NCBI GenBank assembly: GCA_030680355.1
Contig: JAUXVF010000020.1
Span: 8,811-72,810, forward strand
DNA from: Caulobacter sp.
GTDB taxonomy: Bacteria > Pseudomonadota > Alphaproteobacteria > Caulobacterales > Caulobacteraceae
Length of the DNA stretch: 64,000 bases
Direction of reading: 5' to 3'
Positions 30,270-39,346 of this stretch are shown piece after piece. Each line of letters begins with the position of its first letter. Position 1 is the stretch's first letter. Made by a program: the position numbers and the translations under genes. The notes under the pieces are model-generated. The model searched no databases and was not told the origin of the DNA. It saw only the letters and a list, made by a program, of their open reading frames with translations.

Positions 30270-31307
30270 ATGAAAAAACTTCTCGGCACGATCGCCGCGG
30301 CCGCGGTCATGACCGTCGCCTCGCAAGCTCACGCCGCCCGCGACTATGTCTGGGCGGCCGGTTCCTCGACCGTCTTCCCCTTCTCGACCCGCGTGGCCGA
30401 GAACTTCGCCAAGAAGACCGGCGGCAAGGCGCCCAAGGTTGAATCGCTGGGCACCGGCGGCGGCATCAAGCTGTTCTGCGGCGGCACGGGCGAAGGTTTC
30501 CCCGACATCGCCAACGCCTCGCGCCCGATGAAGAAGTCGGAGTTCGACGCCTGCACGGCCAAGGGCGTGACCGACATCATCGCCATCAAGATCGGTTTCG
30601 ACGGCATCGTTATCGCCAGCGACAAGGATGGCCCCGACTACGCCTTCCGTCTGGAGCACCTGTACCTGGGCCTGGCGGCCAAGGTCCTGCGCTACGGCAA
30701 GTTCGTCCCCAATCCCTACAAGACCTGGGACGAAGTCGGCACGGGCCTGCCGGGCAATCGCATCGTGGTCTACGGCCCGCCGCCCACCTCCGGCACCCGC
30801 GACGCCTTCCTTGAACTCGGCATGGAAGCCGGCGCCCGCAAATACCCGATGCTCGACGAGATGCGCTCGAGCAACGAGAAGGACTTCAAGGGCATGGTCG
30901 ATCCGCTCCGGTCCGACGGCTGGATCGACGCGGGCGAGAATGACAACGCCATCGTCCAGACCCTGACCCGCACTCCGGGCTCGATCGGCGTCTTCGGCTT
31001 CTCCTACCTCGAGGAGAACGGCGACAAGGTGAAGGGCGCCACGGTCAACGGCGTCTCCCCGACCCCGATCAACATCGCCAACGGGTCCTACCCGCTGTCG
31101 CGCTCCCTCTTCTTCTACGTCAAGAAGGCCAACATCGGCGTCACGCCGGGCCTGCGCGAATTTGTCGAGGAGTTCCTCTCCGACGCCGCGACCGGACGTG
31201 GCGGTTACCTCCAGGGCCGTGGCCTGATCCCGCTTCCGGCGGCTCAGCACGAGGCAGGCAAGGCCGCTTTCAAGGCCGGCACGCCGATGGCGCGACCCGC
31301 CTCCTGA
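30270..31307 (+). CDS. PstS-family phosphate-binding periplasmic protein (orphan, no pstCAB adjacent)
   Basis: ATG 30270 preceded by AGGAGA. Signal peptide ...ASQAHA, then WAAGSSTVFPF...LGTGGGIKLFC...GPPPTSGTRD, typical of PBP-like-2/PstS proteins. Confidence 0.82.
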   Translation: MKKLLGTIAAAAVMTVASQAHAARDYVWAAGSSTVFPFSTRVAENFAKKTGGKAPKVESLGTGGGIKLFCGGTGEGFPDIANASRPMKKSEFDACTAKGVTDIIAIKIGFDGIVIASDKDGPDYAFRLEHLYLGLAAKVLRYGKFVPNPYKTWDEVGTGLPGNRIVVYGPPPTSGTRDAFLELGMEAGARKYPMLDEMRSSNEKDFKGMVDPLRSDGWIDAGENDNAIVQTLTRTPGSIGVFGFSYLEENGDKVKGATVNGVSPTPINIANGSYPLSRSLFFYVKKANIGVTPGLREFVEEFLSDAATGRGGYLQGRGLIPLPAAQHEAGKAAFKAGTPMARPAS

Positions 31308-31324
31308 TCTGAACAGCGATCTCG

Positions 31325-31369
31325 AAAAGGGACGCCGTGGATCATCCGATCCGCGGCGTCCTTTCGTTT
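31325..31369. terminator. bidirectional intrinsic terminator between convergent genes
   Basis: GAAAAG, then 14-bp stem GGACGCCGTGGATC, loop atcc, GATCCGCGGCGTCC (one G-U pair), then TTTCGTTT. There are U-runs on both strands. Confidence 0.8.
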
Positions 31370-31470
31370 GGGCCGGCGCAGGCCGACGGACGCGGAGGCC
31401 TGACAGGGCGCATCAGCGCGTCTGACGGAGTCACGTCAGGCCGGTCGGTCGGACAAGGTGTTCGTGAAAC

Positions 31471-32565
31471 TCAGGCGGCCGTGGGCTTGCGCCGCAGCCG
31501 GGCCAGCCGGCGGAGCCGTCGCCAGAACCGGGTCTTTTCCGGCTCGGGATAGGGCTCGAGGTTCTTGACGAACTGCTCGGCGCAGGCCCGCCAGCTGAAT
31601 TTTTCGGCAAAGGCGCGCACGGCGGTCTTGTCCAGATCCAGACAGGCGATGGCGGCCTCGCGCAGGCCATCGGTGCGGCCGGGCGCCAGAACGCCGGCGT
31701 TCGATCCCGGCACGATGTCGGCCGGCCCCGGCGCGTTGAACCCGGCCACCGGCACGCCGGCGGCCATGGCCTCGAGAATCACCAGACCGAAGGTGTCGGT
31801 CAGGGACGGGAAGACAAAGACATCAGCGCAACCGAAATAGGCGGCCAGCTCGTCGCCGAACTTGGCGCCGGCGAAGACCACGTCGGGATACTTGATCGCC
31901 AGTTCGGCTTTCTGCGGACCATCGCCGACGACCACCTTGGTGCCCGGCAGGTCGAGACAGGCGAAGGCCTCGATATTCTTCTCCACGGCGACCCGGCCAA
32001 CATTGAGGAAGATCGGCCGCTTCAGCCCCTCATAGACGTCCGGCTCGTCGGGGCGGCGGGGATGGAAGATGTCGGTGTCGACGCCGCGCGACCAGGCCGA
32101 GATGTTGCGGAAGCCATGGCTCTCCAGTTCCTCGCGCATGGTGTCGGTGGCCACCATCATCCGGCCCGACGGCTTGTGGAACCACTTCATGTAGGCGTAG
32201 CCGGCGGCCAGCGGCACGGGCAGGCGCGCCGAGACATATTCCGGAAAGCGCGTGTGATAGCTGGTCGTGAACGGCAGCTTCCATTCCAGGCAGACGCGCC
32301 GCGCCGCCAGGCCCACGGGGCCTTCGGTGGCGATATGGATGGCCTCGGGCTCGAAGGACTTGAACCGCTCCTGCACCGGCTCATAGGCGCCGACGGCCAG
32401 TTTGATCTCGGAATAGGTGGGCAGCGGCACGGTGTTGAACTGGTCGGGGCTGATCACCTCGACCTCGTGGCCCATGGCGCGCAGCTCGGCCACCGTGCGT
32501 GTCAGGGTACGGACAACGCCGTTGACCTGGGGTTCCCAGGCATCGGTAGCCACTAGGATACGCAT
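31471..32565 (-). CDS. GT4-family glycosyltransferase (Agt-like glycolipid synthase candidate)
   Basis: 364 aa. N-terminus MRILVATDAWEPQVNGVVRT and the C-terminal E-x7-E region FPSLTDTFGLVILEAMAAGVPV. The start overlaps the stop of the upstream phosphoesterase gene (TGATG). Confidence 0.85.
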   Translation of the reverse strand: MRILVATDAWEPQVNGVVRTLTRTVAELRAMGHEVEVISPDQFNTVPLPTYSEIKLAVGAYEPVQERFKSFEPEAIHIATEGPVGLAARRVCLEWKLPFTTSYHTRFPEYVSARLPVPLAAGYAYMKWFHKPSGRMMVATDTMREELESHGFRNISAWSRGVDTDIFHPRRPDEPDVYEGLKRPIFLNVGRVAVEKNIEAFACLDLPGTKVVVGDGPQKAELAIKYPDVVFAGAKFGDELAAYFGCADVFVFPSLTDTFGLVILEAMAAGVPVAGFNAPGPADIVPGSNAGVLAPGRTDGLREAAIACLDLDKTAVRAFAEKFSWRACAEQFVKNLEPYPEPEKTRFWRRLRRLARLRRKPTAA

Positions 32566-33377
32566 CAGGCGGCGGCGGGCTCCGGCAGGACCTTGAGGTC
32601 AATCCGGTCGATAGTGGACCAGGAACGGCGCTTCGCCCACTCCACGATTTCGAGTCGGCCGTCACCGTGCTCCACAAGCGCGGTGCAGCTTTCCACCCAG
32701 TCGCCGTCGTTGACGTAGAGGATGCCGTTCATCTCCCGCATTTCGGCCTTGTGGATATGGCCGCAGATAACGCCGTCCACGCCGCGCCGACGGGCTTCGT
32801 CGGTCACGGCTTCCTCGAAATTCTCGATGAATTGCAGAGCGTTCTTCACCTTGACCTTCAGATAGGCCGAAAAGCTCCAGTACCCCAGACCCATGCGATG
32901 ACGGGCCCGGGCCACCACGGTGTTCAGCAGCAGGAGGGTCCTATAGGACCAATCGCCGAGGAAGGCGAGCCAGCGCGCATGCTGCACGATGCCGTCGAAC
33001 TCGTCGCCATGGACGACCAGAAACCGTCGCCCGTCGGCGGTCTCGTGAATGGCGTCCCGGACCACCACCACGCCCCCGAAATGGACGCCGCAGAAGTCAC
33101 GGGCGCGCTCGTCATGATTGCCGGGCACATAGGTGACCTTCACGCCCTTGCGGGCCATGCGCAGCACCTTCTGGACCACGTCATTGTGGCTCTGCGGCCA
33201 GTGCCAGCCGCTCTTCAGCTTCCAGCCGTCGATAATGTCGCCGACCAGATACAGATGCTCGCATTCCAGATGGCGGATGAAGTCCAGAAGCATCTCGGCC
33301 TGACAGCCCCGAGTCCCCAGATGCACGTCGCTGATAAATACAGCGCGACAGCTCAGGGTCTGAGAGGGGTGACTCAT
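32565..33377 (-). CDS. LpxH-like calcineurin-type metallophosphoesterase (PlcP-like phospholipase C candidate)
   Basis: 270 aa. Motifs ISDVHLG, VGDIIDGW, PGNHDE, HGDEFD and GHIH. Confidence 0.82.
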   Translation of the reverse strand: MSHPSQTLSCRAVFISDVHLGTRGCQAEMLLDFIRHLECEHLYLVGDIIDGWKLKSGWHWPQSHNDVVQKVLRMARKGVKVTYVPGNHDERARDFCGVHFGGVVVVRDAIHETADGRRFLVVHGDEFDGIVQHARWLAFLGDWSYRTLLLLNTVVARARHRMGLGYWSFSAYLKVKVKNALQFIENFEEAVTDEARRRGVDGVICGHIHKAEMREMNGILYVNDGDWVESCTALVEHGDGRLEIVEWAKRRSWSTIDRIDLKVLPEPAAA

Positions 33378-33455
33378 GCCTCGCTCCTGTGGCCGACCTC
33401 GACCAGGACGCTGCTAGGCTGATTGCATGTCAGTCTCATGAACCGGAGGGTGTTC

Positions 33456-33470
33456 TGTTGCGGCGCAACA
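33456..33470. promoter_or_regulatory. 15-bp perfect palindrome, candidate TetR operator
   Basis: TGTTGCG-G-CGCAACA lies 14 bp upstream of the TetR ATG, in the intergenic region shared with the divergent plcP-like gene. Confidence 0.5.
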
Positions 33471-33483
33471 CCGCGCACCCTAG

Positions 33484-34125
33484 ATGATCGCTATGCCCGA
33501 GACCGCCACCGGCCAGCGCGACACCCCCAAATCCCGCCGCACCTGCGCCCGGATTCTGGAGGAGGCCGTGCGGGTCATCGCCGAGCAGGGCTATGCGGCG
33601 ACCACCAACGCCGCGGTGGCCGAGGCCGCCGGCATCACCCGCGGGGCGATGCTCTATCACTTCCCGACGCGCGAAAGCCTGCTTGAGGGGGCGATCGAGT
33701 ACATCCAGTCCCGCCGGGCCGCCCTGTTCCGCGAGGCGGCGGACAGCCTGCCGCCCGGCGCCGACGTCACCGAACACGCCATCGAGACCTACTGGCATCT
33801 GCTGCACAGCACGCCGTTCGTGGCGTTCGCCGAGCTGGAGGCGGCCAGCCGCACCGATCCGGTGGTCCGGGCCCTGCTGGCGCCGTCCCAGGCCCAGTTC
33901 GACCGGGCCCAGATCGGCGACCATTTTCTCAAGATGCTGCACGCCGGCGCCGGGCCGCGTTTCCAGGCCAGCCGCGACCTCGCCCGCTTCATGCTCGAGG
34001 GCATGGCGCGGGCCCATATCTCCTACGATCGGGAGGAGCGGATCGACCGCCTGCTGGCGGTTATCAAACGCGCCACCCACATGCTCAACCGCAAGGGCGG
34101 CGTGACCGATCTGTGGGAGGAGTAG
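33484..34125 (+). CDS. TetR/AcrR-family transcriptional regulator
   Basis: 213 aa. N-terminal HTH RILEEAVRVIAEQGYAATTNAAVAEAAGITRGAMLYHFPTRESLL. Confidence 0.9.
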   Translation: MIAMPETATGQRDTPKSRRTCARILEEAVRVIAEQGYAATTNAAVAEAAGITRGAMLYHFPTRESLLEGAIEYIQSRRAALFREAADSLPPGADVTEHAIETYWHLLHSTPFVAFAELEAASRTDPVVRALLAPSQAQFDRAQIGDHFLKMLHAGAGPRFQASRDLARFMLEGMARAHISYDREERIDRLLAVIKRATHMLNRKGGVTDLWEE

Positions 34126-34135
34126 TCAAAAAGCG

Positions 34136-34247
34136 CCGTCATGGCCCGGCTTGTCCGGGCCACCCATGATCTCGGTCGTTGAAATCTCATCGCCAAACGT
34201 CCCGCATCGCCGTGCCTGGATGGCCCGGACGAGCCGGGCCATGACGG
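34136..34247. repeat. REP-like nested inverted-repeat element
   Basis: 27-nt arms CCGTCATGGCCCGGCTTGTCCGGGCCA (34136-34162) and TGGCCCGGACGAGCCGGGCCATGACGG (34221-34247) match 26/27 as reverse complements. Each arm is itself a GGCCCGG/CCGGGCC hairpin. Confidence 0.8.
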
Positions 34248-34326
34248 TCGATTTTATGCGGCTTGGTTGACCCGGCGGCACGGCTCAGGTCATCACTGAG
34301 CCACACCGCAATCACCGGACCGGGTC

Positions 34327-34566
34327 ATGAATCCCTTCACCGCTCACCCTCATGCCGTCGGCGAGACCTACGGCCAGCATCTGGCCGTGGCGACCAGCTT
34401 CGGGTTCGCGATGATCCTCGGCGGCCTGGCCTCGCTGATCCACGGCCTCTGTCCCTGGCTGTTCCAGACGACGGGCAGCCGCACGGTGAAACGCCTCTAC
34501 AACCGTCTTACCGGCCGGGGTCCTGACCAGGCTGGCTACGGTGACTGGGAAGGGGCGGGGGTCTAG
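34327..34566 (+). CDS. small membrane protein (DUF6356-like)
   Basis: 79 aa. HPHAVGETYGQHLAVATSFGFAMILGGLASLIHGLCPWLFQTTGSRTVKRL resembles a conserved small alphaproteobacterial family. The family name is recalled from memory. Confidence 0.55.
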   Translation: MNPFTAHPHAVGETYGQHLAVATSFGFAMILGGLASLIHGLCPWLFQTTGSRTVKRLYNRLTGRGPDQAGYGDWEGAGV

Positions 34567-36329
34567 CCTCCCCTCTTCGACTTTTCCACCGCGATCCAGG
34601 CGTCGATCCGCGTCTCCAGCAGGTCCAGCGGCAGTGGTCCGGCCAGCAGCACGGCGTCATGGAAGCGGCGGATGTCGAACCGCTCGCCCAGCGCCGCTTC
34701 GGCCCGCCTGCGCAGTTCGACCAGCTTCATCTCGCCGATCTTGTAGGCCAGGGCCTGCCCCGGCCAGGAGATGTAGCGGTCCAGTTCGACCTCGATGTTC
34801 AGCGGCGACAGGGCGCTGTTGTCGATGAAACAGGCCCGCGCCTGTTCGCGGGTCCAGCCCATCGCGTGCAGGCCGGTGTCGGCCACCAGCCGGCACGCGC
34901 GCCACATCTCGTAGGACAGCCGCCCGAACCGCTCATAGGGGGTGCGGTAGATGCCCATTTCGACGCCCAGCCGCTCGGCGTAGAGGCCCCAGCCCTCGGT
35001 GAAGGCGGTCATGTCGGCGTCGCGGCGGAAGGCGGGCACGTCCTCCAGTTCCTGCGACAGCGCGATCTGCAGGTGATGGCCGGGGACCGCCTCGTGCAGG
35101 GTCAGGGCGGGCAGTTCGTAGAGGGCGCGCTGGTCGAGGGCCGAGGTGTTGACCATGTAGCCGCCGGCGACGCCCAGGCGCGGGTTGCCCGGGAAATAGC
35201 GCCCGGTGGTGTAGCCGACCTCGATCGCCGCCGGCACTGGCCGCACGCCGTAGGGCAGGCGGGGCAGCCGGCCGAAAAAGCGCGGCAGCTGGTCGTCGAT
35301 GCGCTTGGCGATCTCGCTGGCCTTTTCCAGCAGGTCCTCGCGGCTGGTCGCATAGAACCGCGGGTCGCTGCGCAGGAAGGCGAGGAACGCGGCGTGTGTG
35401 CCCGTAAAGCCGGTCTCGACGCGGATGCCGTCCATCTCGGCGCGGATGCGGGCGACCTCGGCCTCGCCGATCTGGTGGATCTGGTCGGGGGTCAGGTCGG
35501 TTGTCGTGTAGCGCCGCGCCAGCCAGGCGTAATAGGCCCGGCCGTCGGTCAGGGTTGCGGCGCCCAGGGCCAGCCGGGCGGCGGGCAGGTAGTCCTTTTC
35601 GAGGAAGGCGACAAAGGCGCGCTGGGCCGGTCGCAGCCGGTCGCGGACAATGGCCACGGCCCGCGCCTTGAAGGCGGCCTTCTGGGCGGCGGTGACGCTG
35701 GTCGGCAGCCGGTCGAGGGCGAGGACGGCGCTGTCGGTCTCCACCGGCGCGGCGGCGGCCTTGCGGGCCTGGGCCAGCACGATCTCGGCGATCGGGCGAG
35801 GCTGGGTGAAGCCGGTCGCGACGCCCCGCCGGGCGTTGTCGGTATTGTCGGCATAGTAGCCGCTCATGGCCGTCAGCCGGCTCAGCCAGGCCTCGGCGTC
35901 AGCGCGGGAGGTCATCGGCGCGGTCCCGGCCAGATAGGCCAGCAGGCCGTCCCAGGAATCGTCGCTGGAGAAGGCCAGGCGGGCGGTGTCGAAGGCGATG
36001 GCCTGGCGCTGGTCTTCGAGCACCCGGCCGAGGAAGGCGTGGTTCAGCCGTCCTTCATCGTCCAGCCTCGCCGGATCAATGGTCTTGAGCCGGGCCTGAA
36101 AGGCCTCGAGCGCGATCTTGCGGCGACCGTCGGCGGCCAGGGTGACGTCGGGCAGTCTGGCCAGGGCGGCGGCGTCGCCGTTCTGTCCCGCCGAGATCGG
36201 ATCCTCGGCCGCCCGCCAGGTTTCGTAGTCAGCGATCAGTCCGGTCATCGGCGCATTGTCGGCCGGGGCCGCCCGGGCGGTGATCGGCGCGACAAGCAGC
36301 AGGACGGCGAAAACGAACGGCTTGAACAT
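34563..36329 (-). CDS. DUF885-family secreted metallopeptidase-like protein
   Basis: 588 aa with a signal peptide. HEAVPGHHLQ motif and length are typical of DUF885. Confidence 0.85.
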   Translation of the reverse strand: MFKPFVFAVLLLVAPITARAAPADNAPMTGLIADYETWRAAEDPISAGQNGDAAALARLPDVTLAADGRRKIALEAFQARLKTIDPARLDDEGRLNHAFLGRVLEDQRQAIAFDTARLAFSSDDSWDGLLAYLAGTAPMTSRADAEAWLSRLTAMSGYYADNTDNARRGVATGFTQPRPIAEIVLAQARKAAAAPVETDSAVLALDRLPTSVTAAQKAAFKARAVAIVRDRLRPAQRAFVAFLEKDYLPAARLALGAATLTDGRAYYAWLARRYTTTDLTPDQIHQIGEAEVARIRAEMDGIRVETGFTGTHAAFLAFLRSDPRFYATSREDLLEKASEIAKRIDDQLPRFFGRLPRLPYGVRPVPAAIEVGYTTGRYFPGNPRLGVAGGYMVNTSALDQRALYELPALTLHEAVPGHHLQIALSQELEDVPAFRRDADMTAFTEGWGLYAERLGVEMGIYRTPYERFGRLSYEMWRACRLVADTGLHAMGWTREQARACFIDNSALSPLNIEVELDRYISWPGQALAYKIGEMKLVELRRRAEAALGERFDIRRFHDAVLLAGPLPLDLLETRIDAWIAVEKSKRGG

Positions 36330-36447
36330 GACAGCTCCACGGGGTCGGCGTGCAGGCTGGCGCCCTCCGCGCCGCGCCGCAAGCGGGGGCTTGGCGAACC
36401 GGCCCGGCGCGAGTCATGGTCGGCCTCCGAACTGGGGGGAGGGGCTC

Positions 36448-37857
36448 ATGAGCTTCCTGACGCGTCGCATCGCCATCGATCGCGAGATCGGTCATGTCGA
36501 GGGCCACGGCCTCAAACCGACCCTAGGCTGGCCACACCTGATCGCCCTGGGCGTCGGGGCCATTGTCGGCACCGGCATCTATGTCCTGCCGGGCGAGGCC
36601 GCGGGTCTGGCCGGGCCCGGGATGATGCTGTCGTTCCTGATCGCCGGCGCGGTCTGCGCCGCCGCCGCCCTCTGCTACGCCGAGATGGCCACCCTGATGC
36701 CGCGGGCGGGCAGCGCCTACACCTACAGCTACGCGGTGATGGGCGAGACCGTCGCCTGGATCGTCGGCTGGAGCCTGATCCTCGAATACACCGTGGTCTG
36801 CGCGGCTGTGGCGGTCGGCTGGGCCGGCTATGCTAGCGCCCTGATCCTCGGCTGGGCGCCGGCCTTCCCCCAGGCCCTGCTCAAGGGGCCGGAGTCCGGC
36901 GGCGTCGTCAATCTGCCGGCCGTGGTTATCGCCCTGCTCGTCGCCGGCCTGCTGGCGCTGGGCACCCGCGAGAGCGCCCGGGTCAATTTCGTCTTGGTGC
37001 TGGTCAAGCTGGTCGCCCTGGCCGGGTTCATCATCCTGGCCCTGCCGGCCTTCAACGTCGCCCACTTCACGCCCTTCATGCCGGAGGGGTTCTTCGCCCG
37101 CGAGGTCGATGGGGTGAAAATGGGGGTGATGGGCGCCGCCTCGATCATCTTCTTCGCCTTCTACGGCTTCGACGCGATTTCCACCGCTTCCGAGGAGACC
37201 AAGAACCCGGCCCGCGACCTGACCATCGGCATCGTCGGCTCGATGCTGCTCTGCACCCTGATCTACATGGCCGTCGCCGCCGCCGCGATCGGCGCCATGC
37301 CCCCGGCCGAGTTCGCCAAGAGCAGCGAGCCGCTGTCCTTCATCATCCGCAGCCTGGGCCATCCTGGCGCGGCGGGCATGATCGCCCTGGCGGCGGTGAT
37401 CGCCATGCCGACGGTGATCATGGTCTTCATGTACGGCCAGACCCGGGTGTTCTTCGCCATGGCCCGCGACGGCCTGCTGCCCCGGGGCCTGGCCAGGGTG
37501 CACAGCCGGCTGGGCACGCCGGTGGTGGTGACCCTGTTCACCGGCGTCATCGCCGCGGTGCTGGGCGGCGTCCTGCCGCTCGGCCGCATCGTCTCGGTGG
37601 CCAACGCCGGCACCCTGGCGGCTTTCATCGCCACCGCCATGGCCATGATGCTGCTGCGCCGTCGCGAACCGGCCCGGCCGCGGCGTTTCAAGACCCCCCT
37701 CTGGTGGCTGGTCGGCCCGTTCGCTGTCCTCGGCTGCGCCTATCTGTTCGCCGGCCTGAGCACCTTCACCATGATCGTGTTCGTGATCTGGAACCTGGTC
37801 GGGCTGGGTCTCTACCTGCTCTATGGCCGCACCCGCAGCGACCTGGCCAGGGCCTGA
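36448..37857 (+). CDS. APC-superfamily amino acid permease
   Basis: Trimmed to ATG 36448. Sequence LIALGVGAIVGTGIYVLPGEAA, about 12-14 TM segments, 469 aa. Confidence 0.9.
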   Translation: MSFLTRRIAIDREIGHVEGHGLKPTLGWPHLIALGVGAIVGTGIYVLPGEAAGLAGPGMMLSFLIAGAVCAAAALCYAEMATLMPRAGSAYTYSYAVMGETVAWIVGWSLILEYTVVCAAVAVGWAGYASALILGWAPAFPQALLKGPESGGVVNLPAVVIALLVAGLLALGTRESARVNFVLVLVKLVALAGFIILALPAFNVAHFTPFMPEGFFAREVDGVKMGVMGAASIIFFAFYGFDAISTASEETKNPARDLTIGIVGSMLLCTLIYMAVAAAAIGAMPPAEFAKSSEPLSFIIRSLGHPGAAGMIALAAVIAMPTVIMVFMYGQTRVFFAMARDGLLPRGLARVHSRLGTPVVVTLFTGVIAAVLGGVLPLGRIVSVANAGTLAAFIATAMAMMLLRRREPARPRRFKTPLWWLVGPFAVLGCAYLFAGLSTFTMIVFVIWNLVGLGLYLLYGRTRSDLARA

Positions 37858-37984
37858 ACTCCGCCCCCGCCGGGCCCGCGCGCCAGTCCCCGTTTTCCCC
37901 CAGCAGCCGAAACGCCGGGAAAAGCGCGCTGAAACCGTGTTCAATGAAACAGGGTTAATCGCGGGGCGCGGGAGAGGGGTGCAT

Positions 37985-39097
37985 ATGGGCAGGTTCGGAC
38001 CGCTGTTTGGCGCGGCTTCGGTGGCGGTGCTGGCCGTCGCCCTGCTCGGCGCCGGCGCGGCCCGGGCCGGCGGCGATGGCGGCGACTATCCGCCCAACCC
38101 GGTGCCCGGCCAGTGCTACCAGAAGGTCCTGATCCCCGAGCAGTACGAGTCCTACACCGAACAGGTTCTGGAGGCGCCGGGACGGACCGCATCCCGCCGG
38201 GTCCCGGCGGACTATCGCGACGAGGAACGACGCGAACTGGTTTGCGAGGCCCGGACCGAGACCATCACCATCCCGGCCACCTACCGGACCGTGACCGAGA
38301 CCGTCGTGGACCGGCCGGGCGGCTACCGGATGCAGACCATCCCCGCCGAGTACGAGACCGTCACTGAACAGGTGCTGCTGCGGCCGGCCCGCACCGAATG
38401 GCGGCGCGGGGTTCTCCTCGAAAACCGGCCCACGGCGCCGGGGTCCACCAGGATGCTGCCGAGCGGCGAGGTGCTCTGTCTCGTCGAGGTTCCCGCCGAG
38501 TACGGCCTGGCCACGCGCCAGGTGATGCGGCGACCGGCGCGCACGGTGCGCGTCCAGACGCCGGCGGAAACCCGCACGGTCACCCGGCAGGTGATCGACC
38601 AGCCGGCCCGGGTCGAGCGCCGGGTCATCCCCGCTGAGTACCGCACTGTTCGCACCCGCGTGATGGTCGCCCCCGAACGGGTGGAGACCTACACCGCACC
38701 GCCGGCCTACCGGACCGTGACGCGTCGCCGCCTGGTCAGTCAGGCGCGGTACGAATGGCAGGTCATTCTGTGTGAGGACGGCCTGCCGGGGACCCTGCCC
38801 GGCTACCCGGCGCCGGGATCGCCGGCCTACAGCCCCGCGCCGTCGTCCTATGGCGGCTATGGTCAGGAGCAATCCTGGAGCCGCGCGGCGACGCCCGACC
38901 GGCGGGTGCTGACCAGCCCCAATCTCGTCCGGGCGGTGCAGACCGCCCTCGCCGAGCACGGCTATTACAGTGGACCGCGCGACGGTCTGGCGAAGGCGTC
39001 GACGCAACGGAGCCTGGCCCGGTTCCAGTCGGATCGGCGGCTCGCGCCAGGCTGGACCATGGAGACCCTTCGGGCGCTCGGCGTTCCCTACCCCTAG
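37985..39097 (+). CDS. secreted repeat protein with C-terminal peptidoglycan-binding domain
   Basis: Trimmed to ATG 37985. Signal peptide, about eight ~23-aa PAEY.TVT..V...PAR.E repeats, and a PG_binding_1-like C-terminus LVRAVQTALAEHGYYSGPRDG. Confidence 0.8.
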   Translation: MGRFGPLFGAASVAVLAVALLGAGAARAGGDGGDYPPNPVPGQCYQKVLIPEQYESYTEQVLEAPGRTASRRVPADYRDEERRELVCEARTETITIPATYRTVTETVVDRPGGYRMQTIPAEYETVTEQVLLRPARTEWRRGVLLENRPTAPGSTRMLPSGEVLCLVEVPAEYGLATRQVMRRPARTVRVQTPAETRTVTRQVIDQPARVERRVIPAEYRTVRTRVMVAPERVETYTAPPAYRTVTRRRLVSQARYEWQVILCEDGLPGTLPGYPAPGSPAYSPAPSSYGGYGQEQSWSRAATPDRRVLTSPNLVRAVQTALAEHGYYSGPRDGLAKASTQRSLARFQSDRRLAPGWTMETLRALGVPYP

Positions 39098-39346
39098 AAG
39101 CCGGCCGTCGGTTCTGCGGGAGCGTTGGCCCTGGTCCGTCGCGACGATGTCACCCGAAACGGGGAAATATTCGCGTGTAGGGCGAATTCCGCTGGTGTCA
39201 GTTTCCCCTTAAGTTGCAAGGGGCGTTTCGTCCGGATACCAATGTGCTATAGTTAACATCCGTTCATCGGGCTGGGCATGCTTTCAGGATTTCGTTGATG
39301 GCCGGCTGACGACATCAGAGTCCAGGACTCGAAAGGGGCAGCAATA

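Noticed and set aside
33378-33455. Pho box directly upstream of the plcP-like gene
   Set aside because: Only weak resemblance is present (ATGTCAG-tctc-ATGAACC). There is no 11-bp-phased CTGTCA-type repeat comparable to those at 27185 and 29960.
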